DNA from: an uncultured Chloroflexota bacterium
GTDB taxonomy: Bacteria > Chloroflexota > UBA11872 > VXNJ01
Length of the DNA: 64,000 nt
Reading direction: 5' to 3'
NCBI GenBank assembly: GCA_913043205.1
Contig: CAJWLF010000013.1
Coordinates: 4,787-68,786 of the forward strand
Numbering within the stretch: position 1 is the first letter of the stretch; the number at the start of each line of letters is the position of its first letter. The notes below the pieces were generated by a model, which had not been told where the DNA came from, ran no database searches, and worked only from the letters and a program-made list of their open reading frames with translations. Below, one piece after another: positions 50,041 through 60,646 of the stretch. The translations under genes were made by a program, and so were the position numbers.

Positions 50041-50970
50041 TCAGCTGTCCAGCAACTCTGCTTTTTCCAATGCAGACCATACCGTCTCTTGGTCTGATTG
50101 GCTTAAGGGCATTAGTGGTGGCCTAACAACACATCTGTCTACGATGCCCAGCCTATTAAGAGCAGCTTTAATACGGGCTCTACAGTCCCGTGCTGGCGTA
50201 CCGAAAATGACTTGTTCTAATGGTAGCAACCTGTCCCAAATCTGCTGCCCCAACTCATAATCACCAGTTTTTGCCGCATTTAGCATTTTGACTTGTAATT
50301 CAGTAGCCAAAGTGCCAAATCCAATTAAGGCTCCGTCAGCTCCCATCACCAATGATTCATATATAAATGGATCATTGCCTGTTAACAGAGTTATTCTCCG
50401 TGAAGCTGAATTCAAGGCATCTCTGACCGAGATGAATGTCTGCGCATCAAAAGAAGCCTCTTTTAGGCCGATGACCTGAGGTATCTCTACTAAGCCCCCG
50501 AGTATTTCAGCAGACAGAATCACTCCACCGAGAGAAGGGGTCAGATTGAACAAAATCATAGGTATATCAGCATCAGCTATCGCAGAGTGATATGCGTACG
50601 GAAGCTCAAATGGAAGAGGATTTCCCTGATACGCTGGAATAGGAAAAACCAGAACAGCGTCGGCCCCTGCAGACTTTAGATCTCGAGCACGCTGTACAGC
50701 CTCCTCTGTATTTATAGCAAGCAGACCGGATACTATTGGAGTCGAATCTCCTATCGTCAGCTTTACAGTCTCTACAACTGACAGTCTTTCCTCCCACGAC
50801 AGTTGTGGAGCCTCACCGAGTTCTGCGTTTACAGCCACCGCACTAATACCTTGGGGCTCAAGCCATTTCATATATGACTTTAGATTTTCTAGATCCGGCT
50901 TATAGTCCTCAGTCATAGGCAGTATGGTGGCAGGGATTATCCCTTTTATATCGTCACTGGTCAGTGCCAT
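50041..50970 (-). CDS. DapA-family (dihydrodipicolinate synthase / N-acetylneuraminate lyase superfamily) Schiff-base aldolase
   Basis: The Schiff-base Lys context is VIGLKEAS. The protein is a TIM-barrel family member of typical length, 309 aa. Confidence 0.8.
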   Translation of the reverse strand: MALTSDDIKGIIPATILPMTEDYKPDLENLKSYMKWLEPQGISAVAVNAELGEAPQLSWEERLSVVETVKLTIGDSTPIVSGLLAINTEEAVQRARDLKSAGADAVLVFPIPAYQGNPLPFELPYAYHSAIADADIPMILFNLTPSLGGVILSAEILGGLVEIPQVIGLKEASFDAQTFISVRDALNSASRRITLLTGNDPFIYESLVMGADGALIGFGTLATELQVKMLNAAKTGDYELGQQIWDRLLPLEQVIFGTPARDCRARIKAALNRLGIVDRCVVRPPLMPLSQSDQETVWSALEKAELLDS

Positions 50971-50987
50971 TTTAATTCCCTTCCTAT

Positions 50988-52145
50988 CTAATAGTTTTGT
51001 CTGTACAGCTCTGTTATTTCATCAATTGTTGCAATTCTAGGATTATTGCCCGGACTACCAGACGCTATCGCATCTTCAGCCATTTTAACGACCGATCGTT
51101 CGAATAGGTCCAAATCAGCCCCTGTTTGGCTTAGTGTTGGCACAGCCAAAATTTCAGTTATCTCTCTAACTTTGTCTATACCACAATTAGCCGCAGTTAT
51201 TGAATCCAGCCCCCCAACTTCACATCCCAATGCGTCAGCTATTGACGCATACCTCTGCGGAGCAGATCCCAAACTAAAAGCCATGACACTCTGCAGCAAT
51301 ATTGAATTGCACAGTCCATGTGGAAGATGAAACACAGCCCCTATCGGGCGTGCCATTCCATGAACTAGAGCTACTGATGAATTGGCAAAGGCCATTCCGG
51401 CCTGCATGGATGCAAATGTCATATCGTCCCGTGCTTCTTCGTCATAGTCCTCTGAGCATGCCCTAACGATGCTGGCTGATATTCGCCTAATTGCAGACAG
51501 AGCCAAATCATCGGTAATGGGTTGAGCTTTGCGAGACACATAGGCCTCTATGGCATGAGTAAGAGCGTCCACCCCTGCATATATTGATGGCCGTAATGGA
51601 GCTGTGTCTGCCAGAGCCGGATCGGAAAACGACACGTCCGGCAACAATTCCAAACTGGAAATTAGCATCTTTACATCCCTCTCTTCGTCAGTAATGATGC
51701 TAAATGGGGTCACTTCCGCGCCCGTGCCGGCAGTCGTACTGAGACATATAAGAGGTGGCCTACCAGTTTGCACCTTGTTGGCACCCTCAAGTTTCGGAAG
51801 ACTGCTATTCGCAGAAACTGCCCTGACAGCAATCGCCTTTGCCGCATCCATAGGACTACCACCACCCAATCCTATAACTATGTCAGAATTGAAAGAGTGA
51901 AACACCTTTAGTCCAGCCTCGACCATTTCAACTGTTGGCTCCGCTATGACTCCATCGTACTGAATTGTGGCAATCCCAGCATTCTCCAATAACTCCAAGA
52001 CATCTTGGGCAGCAGCAGAAGCTATGACGTGAGGATCCGTAACCACTAATGCACGACTTCCACCTAACTTAGTTACACTATCTCCTACTGCCTTCCTGCA
52101 TCCTCTACCCGTGTAAACATCCTGTGGAGCATGAAATTCAGCCAT
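50988..52145 (-). CDS. Iron-containing (group III) alcohol dehydrogenase
   Basis: Contains GLGGGSPMDAAKAIAV and His-rich metal-site motifs. Length is 385 aa. Confidence 0.85.
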   Translation of the reverse strand: MAEFHAPQDVYTGRGCRKAVGDSVTKLGGSRALVVTDPHVIASAAAQDVLELLENAGIATIQYDGVIAEPTVEMVEAGLKVFHSFNSDIVIGLGGGSPMDAAKAIAVRAVSANSSLPKLEGANKVQTGRPPLICLSTTAGTGAEVTPFSIITDEERDVKMLISSLELLPDVSFSDPALADTAPLRPSIYAGVDALTHAIEAYVSRKAQPITDDLALSAIRRISASIVRACSEDYDEEARDDMTFASMQAGMAFANSSVALVHGMARPIGAVFHLPHGLCNSILLQSVMAFSLGSAPQRYASIADALGCEVGGLDSITAANCGIDKVREITEILAVPTLSQTGADLDLFERSVVKMAEDAIASGSPGNNPRIATIDEITELYRQNY

Positions 52146-52196
52146 GCCTATTCTCCTTACTAAGTGGCATAATTCTAGATCCTCCTCCTTCCATAC

Positions 52197-52961
52197 CTAA
52201 CTGACTTTAAGACCTCCATCAACGACGATGGTGTCACCGGTAACAAAACTCGAAGCGTCTGACGAAAGAAAAATTGCCGCACCCACTAGATCATCCGGTT
52301 GCCCTAAACGACGCAAGGGTGTTTGATCTATGGCGGCTTGCCTTACATCATCATCATCAAGAATGGGCTTAGTCATAGACGTCTCAATAAATCCAGGAGC
52401 TATCAAGTTAACGCGAACATTATGTGAAGACCACTCCAACGAAAGAGATCTAGCCAAGGCAGATACAGCCCCTTTGGTAGCACCGTACAAATTTCTATTC
52501 ATTAAAGCCATTTCAGCTACAACGGAACTAATGAGGACAATCGAGCCGCCGCCAGAACTGATCATTCTGCGTCCGGCTTCTTGACAGCAAAACACCAACC
52601 CACGCACATTAGTATCGAAAACTTCATCATAGTTATCTTCAGATACATCAAGAAATGGAACCCGCTGCGATATACCGGCAGAAGCAATCAGGATATCAAG
52701 TTGTCCAAAAGCCTCGTCAAACTGCTTGTAGGCATTCCGAATTTCATCCGCATTTTTCACATCAGTAGGGATACCTAAAGTTTTTCGACCGAATCCAGAA
52801 ATTGTTTTTGTTACCTGATCTAAATCAGATTTCGTGCGTGATACAAGTGCAACATCGGCTCCAGCCTCTGCCAGACCCAGGGCTATCGATCGACCTATCC
52901 CTCGTCCAGCCCCTGTGATCAGGGCCGTCTTTCCTTGAAGGTCAAACATTCTTGCAGCCAA
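52197..52961 (-). CDS. Short-chain dehydrogenase/reductase (SDR)
   Basis: Contains TGAGRGIGRSIA and the catalytic YxxxK (YGATKGA). Confidence 0.85.
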   Translation of the reverse strand: MAARMFDLQGKTALITGAGRGIGRSIALGLAEAGADVALVSRTKSDLDQVTKTISGFGRKTLGIPTDVKNADEIRNAYKQFDEAFGQLDILIASAGISQRVPFLDVSEDNYDEVFDTNVRGLVFCCQEAGRRMISSGGGSIVLISSVVAEMALMNRNLYGATKGAVSALARSLSLEWSSHNVRVNLIAPGFIETSMTKPILDDDDVRQAAIDQTPLRRLGQPDDLVGAAIFLSSDASSFVTGDTIVVDGGLKVS

Positions 52962-52989
52962 TTAGAATCCTCCGTTCTTTACATGTAAT

Positions 52990-53721
52990 CTAATCATCAG
53001 TTTCATTTGCCTGACCAGAAAGCAATGAGCATAGAATTTCACTTTCAAAGCTTGAGTTGGCAGCTACTGAATCAGGATTGTTGAGTGATAAGGCAGATTT
53101 CAAATACGTGACTGCGGGCGGACTGTGATTTGCCAACCTCTCCACAATAGTCTTGACTGAATATTCAATGTCATCAGACTCAAACACGTTGACCACCAAT
53201 CCACAATCGTTAGCCTTAATAGACCCAATTCGGTCTCCAAGAAACAGCATGGCAACAGCCTGGCTGTAATTGATAGCACGTGTTAATAATGGAACCCCAC
53301 CCCAACCTGGAATCCAACCATTTGTTATTTCCGGGAAACCAAACTGAGCATCTTTTCGAGCAATTCTCATATCACAACTAAGGGCCAATTCCAGCCCGCC
53401 TCCCAGGCAATAGCCGTGAATACTAGCTACAGAAATTTGAGGTAAATTGCGAATCTTGTCGAGCACTCTGTGGCCGGTAGTCGTCCATCTATCTAATCCA
53501 TTGGAATCTAATTCACGTACAACTTTTAGATCAGCCCCTGCGCAAAAAGCTCGATCTCCGTTGCCAGCAAAAAGTACTACTCTATAACTGTCATCAACAC
53601 TGATACGGTCGACAGTTTCTTCAATCTGAGACAGCATCTCCCAATTGATAGCATTTAGCACGTCTGGGCGATTCAATGTGATACGCAGAACACCTTCACT
53701 AAGTTCGTCTGTATATATCAA
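52990..53721 (-). CDS. Enoyl-CoA hydratase/isomerase (crotonase fold)
   Basis: Contains FCAGADLK and the later GLGGGLELAL ... catalytic region. Confidence 0.85.
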   Translation of the reverse strand: MIYTDELSEGVLRITLNRPDVLNAINWEMLSQIEETVDRISVDDSYRVVLFAGNGDRAFCAGADLKVVRELDSNGLDRWTTTGHRVLDKIRNLPQISVASIHGYCLGGGLELALSCDMRIARKDAQFGFPEITNGWIPGWGGVPLLTRAINYSQAVAMLFLGDRIGSIKANDCGLVVNVFESDDIEYSVKTIVERLANHSPPAVTYLKSALSLNNPDSVAANSSFESEILCSLLSGQANETDD

Positions 53722-53751
53722 TTCAGATCTCCCACATTCACTTAAGCGTCG

Positions 53752-55272
53752 CTATTCCAAGAACAAGGATGTTGCCATCAAATCGAAGTCGTCAACAATA
53801 GGTTTGAATTCCATTAATCCCAATACATCTTTTTCGAGTTGCACCCCTGGAGCCAGCTCGATCAACTTTATGCCGTCATCTGTTAATTCAAAAACTGCAC
53901 GCTCAGAAATAAATAACACTTGCTGGCCACGACGCAGTGCCTCTTTCCCACTGAACGTAATATGCTCAACTTTTTTCACAAATTTTGCAGCCTTACCAAC
54001 ATCATGAACCTTTACATTTCCGTCCGTCACTTCAACATTTGCCTTTACCCCAAACGTTCCACAAAACACTATCTTTCGCGCACTCTGAGTGATATCGATA
54101 AACCCACCACAACCAGCAAGAATTCTTCCAAAGCGACTTACATTCACATTCCCTTCGACATCAGCCTGAGCCATTCCTAAAAAGGCTATGTCTAGACCAC
54201 CTCCTTGGTAAAAATCGAATTGATAGGGAGCATCTAGTATCGCCGTAGGGTTCGACATGGCTCCAAAGGCCACACCTGTCACTGGCCACCCACCCCATGC
54301 ACCTTGCTCAGTAGTAAAAGTTACCTTCTCCATCATCCCTATATCCTCTGCAGCACTAGGGACTCCATCCGACATGCCAAACCCTATGTTTACCATCTGA
54401 CCCTCTTCAAGTTCTTGAGCAGCTCTCCTGGTAATAAGCAGCCTTTGATCCAGTTCCTGATCGGGATAGTCTGGGTCTTGCAAACGTTCTACTCCGCAAT
54501 AATAGGGATTGAACTGCTCAACTAGTGTTTGCGGCTGCGATTCATCTACTACAATCGCTCCAATCACATGCCCGGGCACTTTTACCTGCCGAGGATCTAT
54601 CGTCCTAGCATCCACCACCCGAGCAACCTGAGCTATAGAGCTTCCACCATGATTGCTAGCAGCCGTCGCCTGAGACAACATTTCAAACCAGCCCGCCTCA
54701 TGTTCAAGACTGATATTACCTAATTGGTCCGCAGTCGTACCGCGCACTATTGCTACGTCAGGAGGAGGAATCTTGTAGTAAAGATGTTCCTCTCCATCCA
54801 TTTCTACATATTTCACCAAGTCTTCTTTGGTTGCAGTGTTTAGCTTGCCACCATCAATACGAGGATCAACGAATGTTCCAAGTCCTATACGACTCAACAT
54901 CCCAGGATGACCACCGGCAACCCGACGCATTAATTGACTAAGTACCCCCTGTGGAAAGTTATAAGCCTCTACATCACCTGACAGGGCCAGACTAGCTATA
55001 GCGGGCGACATACCATAATGCCCCAGAATTACCCTCTTAATCATCCCTGACAAGGCTAACCTATCAGTGCCTGCCCCGGCTTGATCGCCCAGTCCGCTGG
55101 TATGTACGATAGTCAGATCAGATGGGTGCCCAGTGTTTTCATATCGTCTAGCAAGAGCTGCAATTGTAAAGTCAGGGACATTTATAGCCCCGTTACCACC
55201 AAGATATACAACATCACCATCTTGGATCACCTGTATAGCATCGTCAGCCGGACGTATCTTTGATTCAAACAT
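53752..55272 (-). CDS. Family I CoA-transferase with fused subunits, YdiF-like acyl-CoA:acetate/short-chain-acid CoA-transferase
   Basis: Contains PQGVLSQLMRRVAGGHPGMLSRIGLGTFVDPRIDGGKLNTATKEDLVKYVEMDGEEHLYYK. This is near-colinear with E. coli YdiF (PQGVLTQ ... GIGTFVDPRQQGGKLNEVTKEDLIKLVEFDNKEYLYYK). Confidence 0.8.
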   Translation of the reverse strand: MFESKIRPADDAIQVIQDGDVVYLGGNGAINVPDFTIAALARRYENTGHPSDLTIVHTSGLGDQAGAGTDRLALSGMIKRVILGHYGMSPAIASLALSGDVEAYNFPQGVLSQLMRRVAGGHPGMLSRIGLGTFVDPRIDGGKLNTATKEDLVKYVEMDGEEHLYYKIPPPDVAIVRGTTADQLGNISLEHEAGWFEMLSQATAASNHGGSSIAQVARVVDARTIDPRQVKVPGHVIGAIVVDESQPQTLVEQFNPYYCGVERLQDPDYPDQELDQRLLITRRAAQELEEGQMVNIGFGMSDGVPSAAEDIGMMEKVTFTTEQGAWGGWPVTGVAFGAMSNPTAILDAPYQFDFYQGGGLDIAFLGMAQADVEGNVNVSRFGRILAGCGGFIDITQSARKIVFCGTFGVKANVEVTDGNVKVHDVGKAAKFVKKVEHITFSGKEALRRGQQVLFISERAVFELTDDGIKLIELAPGVQLEKDVLGLMEFKPIVDDFDLMATSLFLE

Positions 55273-55300
55273 CAGGACACATCCATCAGAGTACTAAATA

Positions 55301-56182
55301 CTATCCTTTGATACCGGTTAGGGTAATTCCTTCAATAAATCTACGCTGCCCAAAGAAGAACATGATCACCATTGGAAGCGTAAACATAGTGGAGCATGCC
55401 ATAAGCAAGTCCCACCTAGCACCATATAGAGTAAAGAATGTTCGCAAACCTATTGAAAGGGTATATCTGTCGTTATCACGAAGATATATGAGTGGACCAA
55501 TAAAATCATTCCACGTGAATATCACTTCAAACAGAACAAGAGTCGTAATGGCCGGCTTCATTAATGGCAGGACAACACTCCAGAAAATTTGTAGTTCATT
55601 CGCTCCATCCACACGCGCAGCATCTGAAAGATCCATAGGTATCGTTCTGTAAAACTGCCTAAGCAAGAAAATATAAAAGGCATTGCCAAAAAACGAAGGA
55701 ACGATTAACGGCAGTAATGTATTGAGCCAGCCAATTTGGTGAAACGCTATGTACATAGGAATCATGCGTACCTGAAAAGGCAGCATCATAGTGGCCAACA
55801 CCAGTATAAAAACCTGATCACGATACGGCCAGTTCAATCTGGCAAAACCATAGGCGATAAATGTATTACTAATCAATGCTCCGATTGTCGACCAAACAAC
55901 AAGAGCAAAGGAATTACCCAGATACGTCCAAAACGGTATCACCTCTAATACATCAGGGAAATTCATCCAGCGCGGGTTCACTGGCCACAGGTCTGGCGGA
56001 ACCTTAAATATTTCGGATTGCTCCTTTAAGGAACTCATAAACAACCAGTACAAGGGCAATGCAAATATGATGCCAAAGCCAGCAAGAAACAGGTGTACAC
56101 CGAACCTACCAAGAAGCTCCCTGCCTCTATCGGCTAAGCTTTTAGAGCGCCTAGTAACAACTACCGTTGACGTACTATTCAT
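55301..56182 (-). CDS. Carbohydrate ABC transporter permease (MalG/UgpE-like)
   Basis: The EAA-like motif is DAARVDGANELQIFWSVVLP. The protein has 6 TM helices. Confidence 0.85.
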   Translation of the reverse strand: MNSTSTVVVTRRSKSLADRGRELLGRFGVHLFLAGFGIIFALPLYWLFMSSLKEQSEIFKVPPDLWPVNPRWMNFPDVLEVIPFWTYLGNSFALVVWSTIGALISNTFIAYGFARLNWPYRDQVFILVLATMMLPFQVRMIPMYIAFHQIGWLNTLLPLIVPSFFGNAFYIFLLRQFYRTIPMDLSDAARVDGANELQIFWSVVLPLMKPAITTLVLFEVIFTWNDFIGPLIYLRDNDRYTLSIGLRTFFTLYGARWDLLMACSTMFTLPMVIMFFFGQRRFIEGITLTGIKG

Positions 56183-57056
56183 TTTCGTAATACACCCATC
56201 GTCGAGTACCTCTAAACACCACCAGGGTAAAGAACATTATGATCATAAACAGCAACCATGCTAAGGCTGAGGCATATCCCATACGTAGATTTTCAAATGC
56301 ATGGAAATATAAATTCAGTCCGTAGAATAACGACGCATTAGCGGGGCCACCTTGGGTCATAATGTATGACTCGGCAAATGCTTGAAACGAAAATATCAAT
56401 CCGACTACCACATTGAAAAGAATCACCGGGGTAAGAAGGGGTAAAGTTATATGTCGAAACACCGTTATAGGACCGGCCCCATCTATACGCGCCGCCTCAT
56501 AAAGATGCCTGGGAATCTCTTGTAATCCAGCGAGGAATATAATGATCGCCCTACCACTCCCCCATATCGCCATAATCACCAATGCTGGCTTTACCCACGT
56601 AGTAGACCCAAGCCAATTGGGCCCTACTAATCCCATAGCCTCCAACAGGTAGTTCACAATACCGCGTTGAGGATTCAAAACCCATATCCAGATAAGGGAC
56701 GAGGCCACCGTAGGTACAAGCACTGGGATAAAATAGATGAGCCTATAAGTAGCACGTGCCACAATTTTTCGATTGAGCAATGCTGCCAAAAATATATCTA
56801 CAATAGTTCCAAAAATAACTAGTGTTATTGCAAAATAAAATGTGTTGCCAATCGACACCCAAAACACAATATCTTTGAAAAACATGAACTCATAGTTGTA
56901 TAGGCCTATAAATTCAGCGTCCCTAACTATGTTGTAATTCGTAAATGAATACCATAGCGATGCGAAAAAAGGATATGCAGTGAACAGAAGAAAACCTAAC
57001 ACCCAGGGACCAACGAAAATCCCCGCCCACATCAAATTACTTCGATTTGTATTCAT
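56175..57056 (-). CDS. Carbohydrate ABC transporter permease (MalF/UgpA-like)
   Basis: Contains EAARIDGAGPITVFRHITLP. It overlaps the downstream permease by 8 nt. Confidence 0.85.
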   Translation of the reverse strand: MNTNRSNLMWAGIFVGPWVLGFLLFTAYPFFASLWYSFTNYNIVRDAEFIGLYNYEFMFFKDIVFWVSIGNTFYFAITLVIFGTIVDIFLAALLNRKIVARATYRLIYFIPVLVPTVASSLIWIWVLNPQRGIVNYLLEAMGLVGPNWLGSTTWVKPALVIMAIWGSGRAIIIFLAGLQEIPRHLYEAARIDGAGPITVFRHITLPLLTPVILFNVVVGLIFSFQAFAESYIMTQGGPANASLFYGLNLYFHAFENLRMGYASALAWLLFMIIMFFTLVVFRGTRRWVYYENE

Positions 57057-57262
57057 CTAAAACCAGCACCTTAGCCAATCGACCATAAAAACTTCGCCAA
57101 TTACTTATAGAACTATCTTCATTGGCAATGTAATCACATAGCCCTATCAAAGCATCACCATAAAACCTTGGGGATAGATATAAACTTGCAATTGGGCCGG
57201 AGACTCCATCGCTGGAGACCTCCGACCCAATAAATTAAGCATTTATTGAAGCAGGGAGAAAA

Positions 57263-58750
57263 TTACTTCGCTTTAGCATCAATGTCGGATTGAGTAGCCT
57301 TAGTGATGTCTGCAAGAGCAGCATCGACCGTCTTCTCACCGAGATATATCTGATCCTGAGCTGTACCAAGGGCTTTACGGAATACACCGTAGGAACCAAA
57401 CGGAGGTAGCTTCCATGTATTCGGGAAGATATCCGTCAAAGCTACACCATTGTACGGGGAAGCCTTGTGGTAGAACGGAGTGTCAAGACTCTTTCTGATA
57501 GCCGGAACTGAGTCAGCAACAGTCTTACGCTCCATCTGCTTAGGACTAGTTAGGAATGAACTCCACGCCCATCCACCCTCGGCGTTCTTAGCACCGTTAG
57601 GGATGATGTACACGTTGGTGTTCAAGTCACTCGTTCGATATTTTTTCGAGCCAGAAGTCGGAATGGCTTGCCATTGCTTATTCTGCTTCGGTGCTTGCTT
57701 ATCGATATCTGAAAACCACCAGCTGGACAAACCAGCCATACCTACAAGGTTGGTGTACAGCGGGCCATCAGAAGTGAAACGCCCAAAGCCGCCAGTACCG
57801 TATGTAGATTTCCAAGCAACTAATTCAGAACCTTTGTGGGTATCTGCGTAGCCCTTGTGCCAGTTCATCAAAGTCTTCATGTCGTCGGTAGAGGCATTAA
57901 ATTTGCCCTTACCGTCGTACACGTCTTCACCGCCCCACACGGCTGCCCATGTGGTAGGTGCTGAGAACATACTGGGAGAAAAACCAAGCGTCTTAATCTT
58001 GCTTCCAGATTTCTTGTACAACTTGGCTCCGACTGCCTCAGCTTCCGCCAAAGTCTTAAAGTTTGCTGGGACAGTAACGCCCATTTCTTTAGCCAAATCT
58101 AAGTTTGTGTACAACAAAGCCACAATTCCGGATAGAGGCACGGCATGCCGCTTACCCTGGAATATGGTCTGTGCCACTGGGCCTGCCAAAAAGTCTTCAG
58201 GCTTCCAAGTTTTCGCATCGCGCTTTACCCACTTGTCTATAGCAGTTGTAGCGCCAGCTTCGGCGTGACCACCAAGTGCATGGTACCAGTTTCGAACAGC
58301 GTCCGGAGGGTTACCAGCAGCAACGGATGTCAGCAATTTAGGGTTAATCTGACCCCATGGCTGAATGACGTGCTTCACTTCATGGCTCGGGTTCCCAGCA
58401 TTGAAAATGTCAATGATGGATCCGTATACACCACCCACTTTACCGTGGGTTTTTGGGTCAAATCCTGACCACAGCTCAACGGTTTGTCGGTTCAACTGAC
58501 TTGCAGCCACTTCAACCTTCTTAACCTTCTCGACGACGATGGCGTCAGTTCGAGCTGCGTTCACACCCAATTGCTTCTCGACCTCGACGATCTTCTCGAC
58601 CTCGACGATCTTTTCTACAGGAACCTCAACGATCTTTTCAACCGTTTTGGTTTCACCGCAACCCGCAAGGGACGCCGCGCCTACAACACCAAAAGTGCCG
58701 AGTAATCCGCCTTTGACGACCTTACGTCTGCTGACGTTTCCGAGTTTCAT
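57263..58750 (-). CDS. ABC transporter substrate-binding lipoprotein (family 1 solute-binding protein) with an RR-type lipoprotein signal and a repetitive EKIVEV linker
   Basis: The N-terminus reads SRRKVVKGGLLG ... SLAGCGE (lipobox). It is followed by VEKIVEVPVEKIVEVEKIVEVEKQ and then an SBP fold. Confidence 0.8.
   Translation of the reverse strand: MKLGNVSRRKVVKGGLLGTFGVVGAASLAGCGETKTVEKIVEVPVEKIVEVEKIVEVEKQLGVNAARTDAIVVEKVKKVEVAASQLNRQTVELWSGFDPKTHGKVGGVYGSIIDIFNAGNPSHEVKHVIQPWGQINPKLLTSVAAGNPPDAVRNWYHALGGHAEAGATTAIDKWVKRDAKTWKPEDFLAGPVAQTIFQGKRHAVPLSGIVALLYTNLDLAKEMGVTVPANFKTLAEAEAVGAKLYKKSGSKIKTLGFSPSMFSAPTTWAAVWGGEDVYDGKGKFNASTDDMKTLMNWHKGYADTHKGSELVAWKSTYGTGGFGRFTSDGPLYTNLVGMAGLSSWWFSDIDKQAPKQNKQWQAIPTSGSKKYRTSDLNTNVYIIPNGAKNAEGGWAWSSFLTSPKQMERKTVADSVPAIRKSLDTPFYHKASPYNGVALTDIFPNTWKLPPFGSYGVFRKALGTAQDQIYLGEKTVDAALADITKATQSDIDAKAK
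58573..58635 (-). repeat. In-frame tandem 18-nt repeat (cttctcgacctcgacgat, 2 exact copies plus 1 diverged copy) encoding the (EKIVEV)n linker of the substrate-binding protein
   Basis: The direct repeat is visible at 58573-58590 and 58591-58608, with a diverged copy to about 58635. Confidence 0.5.
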
Positions 58751-59032
58751 CTCCTACTTTTTCTCCTTCAACGGTTGGTAAGTAAGGAACTCCCCAATTA
58801 AATTGAACATATCGAGAAACTTCAATCTGATTCGCCCTCAACGATGACGAGAACCAAACCTAGCGTCCCCCTAACGCTCTTACTTCGGACTCTAATGCTA
58901 CCATCAACACCAATCCTATGGCAATTCACTGCGCTACTTATTACCTTAGTACTTAGGGAACATCACCATATTTGGCAACTCTCTTCCAACTCCAGCTCAG
59001 AATTTACTAAGACCAGTTTCAGTGTTTTGGTG

Positions 59033-60646
59033 CTAGTGAGACTCATGATCATTCTCAGGAACCTCTGCAACCAAAGCACCTATAGTCAGCACCATGCCCG
59101 CTATAGACCCAGCATTCTCCAAAACGGACCGAACAACCTTCGCAGGATCAATTATTGCTACATCATCGTCCAACATGTCGACATATTGCTCAGATATAAC
59201 ATCAAACCCTATCGTCTTGCTGCCTTCTTCAACCTGCCTCCGTTTTACGTCTCCCACTACAACATCCCCATTAAACCCAGCATTACGTGCAATTTGCTTG
59301 ATGGGTTCCTCCAGTGCAGCAATCACCGATCGATACCCGGTACTTTCATCACCATCTAACAAATCGGAGTCAAGACCTTCAGCCGCTACCAGTAGTGTAA
59401 CTCCGCCGCCGGGAACTATACCTTCTTCAACAGCTGCCCTGGTGGCAGCTACAGCGTCTTCCACTCTGAAAGCCTTTTCTCTCACCTCAGTCTCCGTTGC
59501 TCCACCAACTCTCAATATAGCCACACCTCCAGATAATTTACCAAGGCGGCTCTCTAACCTTTCCCGGTCATGCTGCAATGGGGTCTCTTTAATCTGTGAA
59601 GCTACCTGGTTGACTCTAAACGCTACTTGTTCGTCAGAACCGTGCCCGCCGACCAAAGTAGCCGACTCCCGATCCACTACCACTCTTCGACAACGACCCA
59701 AATCATCAATCGTCACAGAAACCAAGTCCCTTCCTACTCGGTCCGAAATCACAACCCCTCCAGTCAGCGCGGCAATATCTTCAAGAACCTCGTCCCTAGC
59801 ATCACCCCATTCGGGGGATTCAATTGCAACACAGCCAATGTTGCCTTGCATCTTGTTCATCACCAATGTGGCCATAGCCTCGTCAGCTATAGCATCACCC
59901 ATCACTAGCAAGGAATCAGCCCCGTTAGCTTTCACCACCTCCAATACCGGCAGAATATCGGCAACCGAGGATATTTGTGCATCACTGATAAGAAGGAAAC
60001 AATCATCCAATTCAGCCTGCATACGCTCTTCGCTAGTAATGAAATAGGGAGACAAGAATCCACTGTCGATACGAATTCCATCAACGTATTCGATTTCCAG
60101 GTTCAATCCAGTGGATTCCTCAACGCTGACAGCTCCATTAGGGCCAACCTTGTCTATAGCTTCCCCGACTAAGTCTCCTATTGCCTGTTCGGCAGCAGAA
60201 ATAGTGGCTACACTCTTAATTTCCTCCAAACTTTTAACAGGTACTGCCTGATCCTCGACAAGCTTAATAGCATCCGTTATCGCCCTCTGCACACCAAGCC
60301 TGATGAGCATAGGATTAGCACCAGCTGCAATGTTTCTAAGACCCTGCTGCAGAATTGCCTGAGCCATAACCACAGACGTGGTTGTACCATCCCCTGCCAC
60401 TATATTCGTCTGATTGGCCACCTCCTTGAAAACCTGTGCTCCCATATCCTCAAAAACATCCTCAAGTTCTACATGACGGGCTACTGTCACACCATCGTGT
60501 GTAATAGTTGGTGCAGCATAACGCCGACCCAGGGCAACGTTTCGCCCCTTAGGACCAAGTGTAGATTTGACCGCTTCGGCTAATTTATCGATACCATTCA
60601 TCGCAAGGCGCCGAGCATCTTGCCCATGAATAATCTCTTTAGGCAT
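59033..60646 (-). CDS. groEL: Chaperonin GroEL (Cpn60) with canonical ATPase residues, no GGM tail, and no adjacent groES
   Basis: Contains TLGPKGRNVAL, ITHDGVTVARHVELED, AGDGTTTSVVMAQAIL and VEDAVAATRAAVEEGIVPGGGVTLL, all near-identical to consensus. The C-terminus ends EVPENDHESH. The upstream neighbour is the glycoside hydrolase gene; there is no Cpn10 ORF. Confidence 0.9.
   Translation of the reverse strand: MPKEIIHGQDARRLAMNGIDKLAEAVKSTLGPKGRNVALGRRYAAPTITHDGVTVARHVELEDVFEDMGAQVFKEVANQTNIVAGDGTTTSVVMAQAILQQGLRNIAAGANPMLIRLGVQRAITDAIKLVEDQAVPVKSLEEIKSVATISAAEQAIGDLVGEAIDKVGPNGAVSVEESTGLNLEIEYVDGIRIDSGFLSPYFITSEERMQAELDDCFLLISDAQISSVADILPVLEVVKANGADSLLVMGDAIADEAMATLVMNKMQGNIGCVAIESPEWGDARDEVLEDIAALTGGVVISDRVGRDLVSVTIDDLGRCRRVVVDRESATLVGGHGSDEQVAFRVNQVASQIKETPLQHDRERLESRLGKLSGGVAILRVGGATETEVREKAFRVEDAVAATRAAVEEGIVPGGGVTLLVAAEGLDSDLLDGDESTGYRSVIAALEEPIKQIARNAGFNGDVVVGDVKRRQVEEGSKTIGFDVISEQYVDMLDDDVAIIDPAKVVRSVLENAGSIAGMVLTIGALVAEVPENDHESH

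Noticed and set aside
58573-58635. Short tandem direct repeats that could hint at a CRISPR array or a VNTR
   Set aside because: There are only about 3 units of 18 nt, with no spacers. They are in frame inside the SBP gene and encode EKIVEV linker repeats.
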